Source of the DNA: Actinomycetes bacterium
GTDB taxonomy: Bacteria > Actinomycetota > Acidimicrobiia > IMCC26256
Length of the DNA stretch: 64,000 bases
Direction of reading: 5' to 3'
Assembly (NCBI GenBank): GCA_037146835.1
Contig: JBAWWI010000002.1
Coordinates: 4,302-68,301, forward strand
Both the position numbers and the translations under genes were made by a program. Below, one piece after another: positions 1 to 8,820 of this stretch. A model generated the notes under the pieces. The model was given only the letters and a program-made list of their open reading frames with translations. It did not search any database and was not told the DNA's origin. Positions within the stretch are counted from its first letter, which is position 1, and every line of letters begins with the position of its first letter.

Positions 1-2
1 CT

Positions 3-1457
3 CTCTATTACACCGGGGTTCGTGTTACCCAACGACGCTCGGCAGCGCTACTTGTTGCGGTCACGATGACCCTGAGCCCGCTCTGGGTAGCCATGGCGCC
101 AACCTTCATGTCCGACATTCCGTCGTTTACCCTTCAAATGTTGATGACGGCTGCGGGGGTCAAGGGGCTCCTCACCAAATCCCGGCGCATTCCCTGGCTC
201 GTAGCGACAGTTGCCTTAGGGGTAGCAGGCTGCTCAATCCGCCAATTCGCAATTGTCCCGCTCATTGCCATCTTGCTTGCTTTTGCAGTCATCGCAAAAC
301 GTGACGGCGATCGTGCGTTGATGCGCGCCACAATCGCCTCCGGGATCATCGCGTTTCTAGCAATAGGCGTTCTCATGTATTGGTGGTCAGGTATCCCCGA
401 CCCCCTAAAAGGTGCCCCAATGCACCCAACCCCCGGATCGCTAAGAGAAGCGGTGGCAAGGGGTATCGGATACTTAAGGCTCTGTGGACTACTACTTCTA
501 CCCGTCCTTGCTTATGTAGGGCCGATACGAGTTGTGAAGCGTGCTTGGCGCACTAGTGCGCTAACAACGACAATCGTTGCAACGCTTACAACTGCAGCTC
601 TCATACTTGCCGCGGCCACACTTGGTGAAGACGCTTTTGTCGGCAATTACATCCACCCTCGGGGGGTCCTTGCTGATGATGTGTTGATAGGCACGCGACC
701 ATACCTGATTGCCAGACCTGCCTGGTTAGCTCTAGTCATGCTCGGCTCGCTAGGAGCAGTGGTGATCATGCTCTGCGCAGTACCTGCATTCATGCGCGCC
801 AAGTCAAGAGTCTTCAGCCGCAACGGCGAGATGCGTTCTCATCGAGAAACGCCAGACGTCATTACTATCTTCTTCGGACTAACCCTCTTAGGGATATTTG
901 CTGCATACTTGAGCACCGACGCTCTGCAGATCAACCGGTTTCCAATATTTGATAGATATGTGATCACAGGACTTCCGCTAATAGCGCTGCTAATCCTGCG
1001 CGATATGTCGCTACCCGCGTCGCAAGACGCGCGAGCGGGGGGAATAGCGCCGGGAATCGCGCCGAGTAGAGCGTTAGGGATCATCTCCAGCCTTGTTCTT
1101 CTCGCATCGCTGGGGACCGTTTGGGGAGTCGACTCGGCTCGATATGACTCAACACGTTGGCAGGTCTCTAAGGATGCTGTTGCTAAGGGATTTAACCCAC
1201 TCCACATTGACGGTGGGTTTGAGTGGGTTGCATGGCATCTAGGGCGCGCTGCAGTAATTACCAATACTGAGAGCGAACGCCGCATTGTTAGGGCAAGATC
1301 CCTCGCACCGTTATGTGTCACTGTTGCAGTAAACGCTCCACACCTCTCAACGAAAACTTCCCTAGTCGCGAGCAGAAGTTACGAGACTCTCCTAGGGCAG
1401 CGGATAACGATTATCGCCGTTCGAAATAAACGCGAATGCGGTGGCCGGGCTCCATAG
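3..1457 (+). CDS. GT-C fold (PMT/GT39-like) integral-membrane glycosyltransferase, 5'-truncated by the window edge; paralog of 8821-10563
   Basis: Frame is open from base 3 (LYYTGVRVTQRRSAALLVAVTMTLSPLW), so the ATG at 66 is internal. Multi-TM protein sharing motifs with 8821-10563: FVGNYI, (F/Y)DRY, DSAxxDxxRW, GGFEWV. Confidence 0.7.
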   Translation, partial: LYYTGVRVTQRRSAALLVAVTMTLSPLWVAMAPTFMSDIPSFTLQMLMTAAGVKGLLTKSRRIPWLVATVALGVAGCSIRQFAIVPLIAILLAFAVIAKRDGDRALMRATIASGIIAFLAIGVLMYWWSGIPDPLKGAPMHPTPGSLREAVARGIGYLRLCGLLLLPVLAYVGPIRVVKRAWRTSALTTTIVATLTTAALILAAATLGEDAFVGNYIHPRGVLADDVLIGTRPYLIARPAWLALVMLGSLGAVVIMLCAVPAFMRAKSRVFSRNGEMRSHRETPDVITIFFGLTLLGIFAAYLSTDALQINRFPIFDRYVITGLPLIALLILRDMSLPASQDARAGGIAPGIAPSRALGIISSLVLLASLGTVWGVDSARYDSTRWQVSKDAVAKGFNPLHIDGGFEWVAWHLGRAAVITNTESERRIVRARSLAPLCVTVAVNAPHLSTKTSLVASRSYETLLGQRITIIAVRNKRECGGRAP

Positions 1458-1470
1458 GACTCGCCCCAAC

Positions 1471-1506
1471 AACCAGCACCCTCAGAACCAGCACCCTCAG
1501 AACCAG
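1471..1506 (+). repeat. 15-bp tandem repeat AACCAGCACCCTCAG x2.4 in a convergent intergenic gap
   Basis: Copies at 1471-1485 and 1486-1500, partial AACCAG at 1501-1506. Confidence 0.95.
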
Positions 1507-1513
1507 AGAGTCA

Positions 1514-2620
1514 CTATCCCCGTATGTCGTTACCCTCGATTATCTCAACGCGATCAAGTAGAGCGTCGAGTGCCTCTAGCGAGCTCTCAGCTAGCGGCCA
1601 CCCCTCACTCGGCGGAGCAAATGCGAGCAACGCGCTAAGCGGATCATGCGCTCCGCGCGCGGAGACAGCGTGGACGGGATACCGACCCGCGGCAAGGATC
1701 GATATGTCGGTTCCGAGTCGAGGAAATCCCTCAGCAAGGCTCATTAAAGAAGTCGGGTCAAACGAGACTCCAGGGGCGCCAACAACAACTTCGTGCGTCA
1801 CCGGATCAAGCCAGATCGCAGGCGAGTCGGCGACAATAATTCCGGCCTTCGCTAACCGATGCTCGCGACCATTCAATCTCGCCGCCGCCTGCAGGAGCAT
1901 TACAGGCTCCCCCGGATTGGTGCCCGCCTTAGCAACAACTAGGCCAGGGATTGCAACAACACCCGCTCCAGTTAGGTCTCCATGGAACGCTAGGTAAGGG
2001 GCGAGCGCATTGAGAACGCGCGATGCATTGCGCCCCGAGACCACAACCTCGCCGCCTCTATAGAACAGATGTAGCGGCTTGATTCCGCGGGCCTCGCCGT
2101 CGCTCTTCGCAAGTGAGAGTGAGAATGCCGGTCGGGCATCGTGGGCACCTATTGGTATGTCGCTTGGGGCCACTACGTAACTCGAGAACGCAGCCTCAAC
2201 AGCGGCACATACATCCGGAGTGTCGAATCCGAGGATTACTAGGTGGTCCCCAAACTCCAGAACGGTTCTAAAAGCACGCGGTTGGGCCTCCATGCAACTC
2301 TCGCAGTCGAGGTCATACGCAGTTAGTACACGCGGGAGCGAATGCCCGGCAGCCGATTCGCCTTCATCGGACACAAGCAGCCCGGAAGACTTGAACTCTC
2401 CTATCGCCTTCTCTACATCAGATTGAAGAGTGCCGGGCTCTGCTCCGAAAACCTCTGCTAGATCATCCGCAATCTCATCTGCGCTTGACTCACCATCGCA
2501 GCACTGCCATACAAGGGCAGCGACAGGGTTGAGCAGGTGCAACTCGTCGCCAAGTACGAGTACAGCCTCACCGTCAAAAAATTGGGAGCGCACGAGAGGT
2601 GAAGATCGGGGATTACTCAA
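1514..2620 (-). CDS. PqqD/RRE domain fused to a CxxC linker and a degenerate HprK-like (pseudokinase) domain
   Basis: N-terminal about 85 aa is PqqD-like (GEAVLV...LHLLNPVAALVWQCCDG...EIADDLAEVF...DVEKAIGEFKSSGLL). DCESC motif follows. C-terminal domain parallels the upstream kinase but lacks Walker A. TTG start overlaps the upstream TGA (TTGA); GGAAGG RBS. Confidence 0.75.
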   Translation of the reverse strand: MSNPRSSPLVRSQFFDGEAVLVLGDELHLLNPVAALVWQCCDGESSADEIADDLAEVFGAEPGTLQSDVEKAIGEFKSSGLLVSDEGESAAGHSLPRVLTAYDLDCESCMEAQPRAFRTVLEFGDHLVILGFDTPDVCAAVEAAFSSYVVAPSDIPIGAHDARPAFSLSLAKSDGEARGIKPLHLFYRGGEVVVSGRNASRVLNALAPYLAFHGDLTGAGVVAIPGLVVAKAGTNPGEPVMLLQAAARLNGREHRLAKAGIIVADSPAIWLDPVTHEVVVGAPGVSFDPTSLMSLAEGFPRLGTDISILAAGRYPVHAVSARGAHDPLSALLAFAPPSEGWPLAESSLEALDALLDRVEIIEGNDIRG

Positions 2621-3558
2621 GGTGCCTTCCCGGAAGACTCGTGCGAGAGTAGATCAAGTACAACCTGACACGCTTCGTCCAAATCTCCACTAGTCAATGC
2701 AACGCAGCGCGCACCAGATGTAACTGCAGCGAGCGTATCCATGACAAGTTCCGTATCTCGAGCGAGATGGTAGGAGTGCTGCCCCACGCTATACATCGCA
2801 GCAGCTGGGCTTAGAACCTCTATTTTTGTAGGTGCACTTGGGACATACGTTGGGAGCACAACCACTGAAGTGCGGGCGGCCGCAGAGACTGAGCCTTCTC
2901 TAAGCGAAGACGCTGGAACTAGGACCAACTCTCCAAGCATCGAGACCATCTCCGGATCAGAGATAGGCGATACCTCCGAAAGAATCTCTCCGATGTTCGC
3001 ACCAACGGAGACGTACTTAGCGTAAGGCTGCACCATTAACCCACCGGGAGAGATCGCCACCGCCTCATCCGTGAGATAACCGAGGCCATATCGCGCAACG
3101 AGAGCAACTGCGAGCGTTGATTTCCCGCTCCCTTGAGGGCCAACAATTATTGCAGCGCGTTCTCCACTCGTTACTGCTGCAGAGTGGAGAAGCGTATAGC
3201 CAGGCGTGTTCTCCAGTGCTTGCCGGTTCGCCTCCCATAAAAGGTGAGATACGACGATTGATAATGCCGGAGCAGAGACAACCTGGAGTGCGTCAAGGTG
3301 TAGGTGCCACGTCACGATTCCGTTGAAATCAGGCGGGCTCTGCGTGACGGTAAATACATGCTCAGGCTCCATATCGCTCAGTAGAGGAGCCCATAAAAGC
3401 TCGGCAAGGTCGGCAACTAAAGCCGCCTCAGAGCGAACGTGCGCAGAGAAACCAAGGAGATTGAAGGTTCGAGAGGTGGCGGCAAAATCTGGGGACCTAA
3501 GCCGCGTACGAATGCGCTCACCCACGGCGAAAGCGCCCCCTGCGAGGTTGCGTGTCAT
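2617..3558 (-). CDS. HPr kinase-related ATP-binding kinase (HprK-related / lasso-cluster kinase type)
   Basis: LLHSAAV (His), Walker A GPQGSGKST, YLTDEAV. The ORF extends to 3681 but overlaps the upstream gene; ATG 3558 or GTG 3525 is the likelier start. Confidence 0.8.
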   Translation of the reverse strand: MTRNLAGGAFAVGERIRTRLRSPDFAATSRTFNLLGFSAHVRSEAALVADLAELLWAPLLSDMEPEHVFTVTQSPPDFNGIVTWHLHLDALQVVSAPALSIVVSHLLWEANRQALENTPGYTLLHSAAVTSGERAAIIVGPQGSGKSTLAVALVARYGLGYLTDEAVAISPGGLMVQPYAKYVSVGANIGEILSEVSPISDPEMVSMLGELVLVPASSLREGSVSAAARTSVVVLPTYVPSAPTKIEVLSPAAAMYSVGQHSYHLARDTELVMDTLAAVTSGARCVALTSGDLDEACQVVLDLLSHESSGKAP

Positions 3559-5077
3559 CCTGAAAACGCTCGTATGGGTTGTCGATCGAATGCTGCTCTG
3601 CTTCGTGAGCAGCATAAGGATTTGGAGCGACTTCGTTTGAGTACGGGTTATCTCTTGGAGCGACCAGCGAAGAAGGATCAAGGGCCTTGAACTCCTTGCG
3701 CGGCTCCACCTTGCGCTCAGGCAAACAGAGCAGAACCAAGAAGAACGGCATCACCTGAACGCGCTGCCTCGCGAGAATCCCGAAGTTTGAGAATGCGGAG
3801 AATGCATATATGAATGCGAGAACAATCCCAAATGAGTAAGAGACATAAGGCGAATATCTCATCTGATTCCAGAGATTTCGTAGCCTCCTACGAGATTTCC
3901 AGGTGAGCCACATCAGAAACACCCCCTCGCCCGCGCTCAATAATGACTGAACGTTTCCTACCTCAAACGGGAACGGCCGATAAAGGATCGTCACTGTGGC
4001 GAGCGGGAAATTTGCAGGATTGTTCGTGACGCTTACGGGAGAGAACGTAGATCCAGCCTCCTTTGAGGTGCGGCCCTCCGCATCTTGAAGGGTTTGGTTT
4101 ACCGTCTCCTGGTTGAGTCCTGACACACCAAAAAACTGAGAGGTCTGGCCGATCAGCACGGTGCCTACGACAAAGAGGATGCCAAACACGAAGACCCTCG
4201 CGAAGGGAGTACGCGCTGAGGGGCTTCGTGACTTGCCTAGCCCTGCGGCGAGCACCATCCCAACGAAGGTAATGAGCGCTACGTGAGGGCGAAGCAGCCC
4301 GGCGCTCACGAGGCCCAGTGCAGCAATCGGAAATCCCAGCAACGCTCCTTTGCTCATAACCCTTGCGACACCGTAGGAGATAAGGCCAAGACTAAAGACG
4401 GCCCATGCATCCTTACCTAGAGCCGATGGCCAATAAATCATCGAAGGTAGGAACAGAAGCAAAAACGCGTACCTTCGAGCATCGCCCTCCGGAACGGCCC
4501 GCATAAATGCTCGCCATAGCAAGAGCGCACCAATAAAAGCTGACCAACCGAAGAACATAAATGCCCCAGGTTTTGAGGGCCCAGCAATGGCATAGAGAAC
4601 TCCGGTGACGCTGCGGAGAAACCCTGTACCGCTAAATTTTCCAACATCGTAAGTGAAGTTCAGAGATCGATACATCGGAGCTAAGAACTTGCCCCAGAGG
4701 TCATACTCCGTTGCGTCCGCTATACCTGAGTAGAAAACGCTAGTCATCAACATGCGCAGAAGCGACCCAACGAGCTTCATCGAGAAGCCCGCCATCACCA
4801 AGAGATATGTCTCGTTGCTTCGGTCGTAGTGCGCGAGCCGTCGCGCTATGAGGTGAGTGATGCCTAGCAATACGAGCATGTCTACCGCTGCTAGCGCCCA
4901 CTCGGTGGACGCAGTAGCGACCGCCATCACCAACGCGACACCGATTGCTGTATACCCACTGAACATCGCTACCCGCATCAGCCAGGGGCGTTTAAGCAGA
5001 TCTGCGGATTCGACTGTTCCGAGAGATAGAGACTCTGGGTCTTCTCCAGGGGAAGACGAGGGGGGCAGGTTGGTCAT
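3518..5077 (-). CDS. Multi-pass membrane protein, probable Wzy-like polymerase/ligase, with a cytoplasmic tail carrying 3 NPY repeats
   Basis: About 10-11 hydrophobic segments, an extracytoplasmic loop, and LGKD, RPH and RQR motifs. Lies in the wzc operon; ATG overlaps the upstream stop (ATGA). The Wzy assignment rests on topology and context only. Confidence 0.55.
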   Translation of the reverse strand: MTNLPPSSSPGEDPESLSLGTVESADLLKRPWLMRVAMFSGYTAIGVALVMAVATASTEWALAAVDMLVLLGITHLIARRLAHYDRSNETYLLVMAGFSMKLVGSLLRMLMTSVFYSGIADATEYDLWGKFLAPMYRSLNFTYDVGKFSGTGFLRSVTGVLYAIAGPSKPGAFMFFGWSAFIGALLLWRAFMRAVPEGDARRYAFLLLFLPSMIYWPSALGKDAWAVFSLGLISYGVARVMSKGALLGFPIAALGLVSAGLLRPHVALITFVGMVLAAGLGKSRSPSARTPFARVFVFGILFVVGTVLIGQTSQFFGVSGLNQETVNQTLQDAEGRTSKEAGSTFSPVSVTNNPANFPLATVTILYRPFPFEVGNVQSLLSAGEGVFLMWLTWKSRRRLRNLWNQMRYSPYVSYSFGIVLAFIYAFSAFSNFGILARQRVQVMPFFLVLLCLPERKVEPRKEFKALDPSSLVAPRDNPYSNEVAPNPYAAHEAEQHSIDNPYERFQDDTQPRRGRFRRG

Positions 5078-6201
5078 GGCCCGCTCCGCGACTCGCGCAG
5101 TGCCGCAGAGCCTCGCCTAAATCGTGCCCAATACGACGAGTCTCGACCCGATATGTGTTGACGGCTAGGTAGGAGCAGGGCACGCATGTAGGCAAGTTTG
5201 CCAGTGATCCCAGGCACCGCGGTTACACCCGCTGCAACCTGAGTTGCATAGGAACGGTTCTCTGACGTGTAAGCCCTCAGAGCTCGCTCCTCGTAGCCAC
5301 TCGGTGCGTATGAATTGGCCCAGGTAGATGCATCATGCGGGGGGAGGTCAAGCCTCTGCCAAGCGAGGGCGATTGCCCGCGCGATCACAACCTCAGCCCT
5401 CCACTCTCGCGCAGTCACAATTGCTTGATAGAAGTCAACTTGATTCACCAAGAGCATCTCTGCAATGTCTCGTAGCGCAACTAGCCGAGCCGATACGTCT
5501 CCGAGAGCAGCGTGAAAGCAAGCATGCATAAATCGGTGTTGACGCGAGATAGTACGCAGAATCACGCTTCCAATCTCAAACTCCTCCACATCTTTGAAGA
5601 GCGAATCCAGATTGAGAGTAAGGCCGAACGGCCCCGTGCTTAGAGTTCGATGGAGATCAATCTGCAGTCCATCTTCATAAGAGAAGCAGGCACCTTTCCC
5701 AAAACGACTATCAAATCCTTTGCTCACCTCGGCAAATCGACGTCTTGCTCCGGCTGCAGTAAGGATTTCAGATGCTGCGTCAAATGAATCCGCCGGCACC
5801 AATAGATCCACGTCTCCAAATGCACGCCAAGACGGGTCCGGATAATCGAGGTGAGCGACCGCAGAACCCTTCAGGACCCGCACATCGATGCCTGCAAGAC
5901 TCATCTCGGAGTAGACCTCTAAGAGTCGCCTCTCAAGTACCACTGCAAGACTCATCGAACGCCCGTGGTCTTGAGTGATCTCAGTTCTCTGGAGCTCCGA
6001 GGCAGTTAAAGAACCGCTATCAAGAGCGCACGCGGCGAGCGGAACTAGCCGTTCTAGAAGAAGCCCTCTATGAAACTCCGCCCACTCCGCTTCCGACATC
6101 TGCTCTAAGTCTCTGATCTCTTCTTGAGCGTGCGCGTGGAGTCCTACACCAGCTACAAAACCCAGCATCGAGGTTCGCTCTTCTGATCCCACAGGGTTCA
6201 T
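5074..6201 (-). CDS. Uncharacterised nucleotidyltransferase family protein (NTP_transf_5-like)
   Basis: Signature VRVLKGSAVAHLDYPDPSWRAFGDVDLLVP, later IDLHR; ATGA-coupled to both neighbours. Confidence 0.85.
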   Translation of the reverse strand: MNPVGSEERTSMLGFVAGVGLHAHAQEEIRDLEQMSEAEWAEFHRGLLLERLVPLAACALDSGSLTASELQRTEITQDHGRSMSLAVVLERRLLEVYSEMSLAGIDVRVLKGSAVAHLDYPDPSWRAFGDVDLLVPADSFDAASEILTAAGARRRFAEVSKGFDSRFGKGACFSYEDGLQIDLHRTLSTGPFGLTLNLDSLFKDVEEFEIGSVILRTISRQHRFMHACFHAALGDVSARLVALRDIAEMLLVNQVDFYQAIVTAREWRAEVVIARAIALAWQRLDLPPHDASTWANSYAPSGYEERALRAYTSENRSYATQVAAGVTAVPGITGKLAYMRALLLPSRQHISGRDSSYWARFRRGSAALRESRSGP

Positions 6202-6473
6202 GAGACCACCAACGCTTCTGTAGCGATCAACTCGTCTATAAGCATCTCGACATCTCGTGAAACCACTTCCAAATCTTCGCCGAACAACTCAGCAAGGCTC
6301 TGCGAAATAGCTTCCCTAGAAGACCAATCCAAGAGAAGGTCCCAGACTAAGCATGCTGAGCCCTCGAGGAGTCGCGGTTCAAGGTCTCTCGGCGCAAGAA
6401 TCACTACGCCGAAGGGACCCGAGCGAGAGATCACTTTGGGCGATTGCTTGATGACAGCAGAGGCTTTTGCCAC
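6198..6473 (-). CDS. Stand-alone PqqD-family protein (RiPP recognition element-like)
   Basis: 91 aa with the PqqD pattern GVVIL...LEGSACLVWDLL...EAISQSLAELFG...VSRDVEMLIDELIATEAL; GTG start. Confidence 0.8.
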   Translation of the reverse strand: MAKASAVIKQSPKVISRSGPFGVVILAPRDLEPRLLEGSACLVWDLLLDWSSREAISQSLAELFGEDLEVVSRDVEMLIDELIATEALVVS

Positions 6474-6496
6474 GCCCAGAACCTCGCTAGTTAGAG

Positions 6497-8404
6497 TCAG
6501 GCACTCGGGTCGTCGAACGCATCGATAGAGGCAGAATCCCCTTGAATTGATGCAGCGACGCCAGCGTGCTCTGGGTCAGGTTTCCGGCGAACCGTACCTG
6601 CTCCGTTCGTTGGCTTACGCCATGGGAAGAGGCGTGACATTTTGGGGACTTCTCCAGGGTGAGCGTATCCGTACCCATAACCGTAATAACCGTAGTAACC
6701 GTAATAACCGGCACGAGCTCCATGCTCCGCACCCACAAGCACAATTCCCACAGTTGTTGCTTCAAGACGACGCAGAAGATCCGAGGCCGCCACTACACCA
6801 CCGCGTCGGGTCCAACCAGCGCGGACCATCAATACCGTTGCATCGCAGAAAGTGGAGAGCTCGGCTGCATCGTTGGCTAGGAGAATGGGCGGCGAGTCAA
6901 CGATCACAAGGTCTGCTATTTCACGCCCTAAGCGCGCAGCAACTTTGACCATTTCGATTGCGGTACCCGGATCGGTTCGAGTGGGTGCACTTGCGATGAA
7001 CCGAACATTAGGTATTCCAGTCTCTTGAGCGACTGCCAATACATCAGCGACTGTTCCTTGGTAAGGAATATCTGTGAGGTTGGGGCTAATAGCGCCTGAG
7101 AAATATTTATGCATCTGCGGCCGGCGGAAGTCGCCGTCGATAAGGAGTACTGATATGCCCGTCTCTGCGAAGGCTGCGGCAATATTTACAACCGAGATTG
7201 ATTTGCCCTCCGCAGGGCCGGGGGATGTAACCAAGAGAACACGGAGCGGAGTCGCCTCTGTCTCAGATGTACCCGACAATCCTGGGCGACTATTCGCTGG
7301 GTGCCTCTGCCACATCGCTACTAGTGAAGTGCGGAAGGAGCGATAGGCCTCCGCCATTAGTGACGTCGGATCCACTGCCGTTGTTACTTGGAAGCGCAGA
7401 GCTCGATCAAGGTTCATCACTGGGATCTCGGCAATAACCGGCATTCTTGCCGCACCCTCGGTGCCTGGAACGTCACGGATTCGAGCACTAAGAATCTCGA
7501 GTAGAAGAAGAATTCCAAGCCCTATGATGAAACCAATAGCGGCACCAAATAGGAGTCGTTGAGACTCGCTCGTTGCACCTTTGGCACTGGTAACAAGGAT
7601 CGTCGCTCGCGCCTTTGTCGCAGCCTCGAGTGTTGTAAGTCCACTCGTCTGAGGGCCTGCATCCTGTAGATTCGATATCCCAGAGTCAGCTGTTGCGAGT
7701 TTACGGAGGGCAGCTTCGCGACGGATACCTAGGGAGTCGGAGCCCGATGCGCTCAGCCCGGGGGCAGCCAATTGTGAATCGATTTGGCGTATAAGGGTCT
7801 CGGAGTTGTTACGAGAGAGTGTTAACCCAAAGATCTGCTCCTCATATTGCTTCTTGCCTAGCTCATCAACGTAGCCAACGAGTTTCGCAGCGAAGAGATT
7901 CGCAACTTTTGCAGCGAGTTTTGCATCGCCGACCTGAGCGGTGATTGCTAACGAACCCGTTGCAGGGTCTGGGGTTGCTGAGGCCTTGATAAAGCCATTA
8001 ACTCCAAGCTGAACCTGACCACTACCAGCGCTGACAGCCCTTCCAGACTTCTTACAGTCAGGGGAGGTCGCATCTGCGCCAGTCGCCGTACATTTATTAG
8101 CGTTGGCACTCTGAATCTGCGGCCAACGCACTTCGTCAATCGCCTCGGCTACTCGTTTTGGGACCTCACCGGTAGTCATAAGGAGCGCTAAGCGGTCGTA
8201 GTCGCGTCCATTTACCGAGGTATTCGCAGAACCATTCGAGATAAGTGTTGTGGTCGCGCGGAAACTCACGCCGGGTCGATTCGCACGAATCGTCTCAGAG
8301 CTACTCGGTCGCGTCAGGAGCGCGAAAGTCATCGCAATGACCACCGTGACGAGGAGAACCCACCAACGTCGACGAACGATCCTTAGATAATCGGCTGGTC
8401 GCAT
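6497..8404 (-). CDS. wzc: Wzc-like polysaccharide co-polymerase / BY-kinase (Wzz-type region fused to CpsD/CapB kinase)
   Basis: Two TM segments; Walker A SPGPAEGKS, A' LLIDGDFRRP, B VIVDSPP; Tyr cluster GYYGYYGYYGYGYGY. Start placed at ATG 8404. Confidence 0.9.
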   Translation of the reverse strand: MRPADYLRIVRRRWWVLLVTVVIAMTFALLTRPSSSETIRANRPGVSFRATTTLISNGSANTSVNGRDYDRLALLMTTGEVPKRVAEAIDEVRWPQIQSANANKCTATGADATSPDCKKSGRAVSAGSGQVQLGVNGFIKASATPDPATGSLAITAQVGDAKLAAKVANLFAAKLVGYVDELGKKQYEEQIFGLTLSRNNSETLIRQIDSQLAAPGLSASGSDSLGIRREAALRKLATADSGISNLQDAGPQTSGLTTLEAATKARATILVTSAKGATSESQRLLFGAAIGFIIGLGILLLLEILSARIRDVPGTEGAARMPVIAEIPVMNLDRALRFQVTTAVDPTSLMAEAYRSFRTSLVAMWQRHPANSRPGLSGTSETEATPLRVLLVTSPGPAEGKSISVVNIAAAFAETGISVLLIDGDFRRPQMHKYFSGAISPNLTDIPYQGTVADVLAVAQETGIPNVRFIASAPTRTDPGTAIEMVKVAARLGREIADLVIVDSPPILLANDAAELSTFCDATVLMVRAGWTRRGGVVAASDLLRRLEATTVGIVLVGAEHGARAGYYGYYGYYGYGYGYAHPGEVPKMSRLFPWRKPTNGAGTVRRKPDPEHAGVAASIQGDSASIDAFDDPSA

Positions 8405-8820
8405 GCTATTTCCCGAATCCCCCAACTAAAAACTTTAAGATGCGCCACGCTAAGTCGCGCGTCTTGCCACGCACTGTAGTGGCCTAATTGCCTAGTGGCT
8501 ACCCGTAAAAACTACTCCCCTCTACCCCCAGGAAGTACCGCGGCCCGCCAATTGGGCATTACGCCTCAGTCTGGGTGCGGTCCCTAGAGAATTACCAGAG
8601 ATGCCTTCTACTCAGAACGGCGAATTCAGGCTCTCGAGTTCTCTCCGCTCGCAGAGACGCTATGGCCGAAATTGAGGGGAACGGTCATTACCAGTATTTG
8701 CCCAGAGGTATCGTTTCGGATAATCCCGCTAGCTCTCTCGGGCTGTCACTAAAGATTGGTTCGGTCCAGGTTGGCACCACTTGAGTTCTCGGGTTCTCGA
8801 GCAACCAGCAGGAGAGTTCT

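Noticed and set aside
2617-3681. 164-bp overlap between the kinase ORF and the Wzy-like gene as dual coding
   Set aside because: An artefact of taking the most upstream start; ATG 3558 or GTG 3525 leaves only a short overlap.
5060-5065. G6/G7 homopolymers (also 1037-1042, 34499-34504, 60054-60060) as phase-variation switches
   Set aside because: Runs are too short, frames are intact, and one lies in essential rpoB.
8512-8559. 15-aa minus-strand ORF MPNWRAAVLPGGRGE with a GAGG upstream, ahead of wzc
   Set aside because: Too short for leader plus core and has no recognisable motif; this is expected by chance. Only ribosome profiling could rescue it.
8662-8784. 40-aa ORF MAEIEGNGHYQYLPRG... 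as a RiPP/lasso precursor
   Set aside because: No YxxPxL leader motif, no Thr at -2 before a Gly-started core, no clear RBS, and it is on the opposite strand from the RRE operon.
8630-8820. Repeated GAGTTCTC-like motif in the divergent promoter region
   Set aside because: Three or four short imperfect copies with irregular spacing; not distinguishable from chance by eye.
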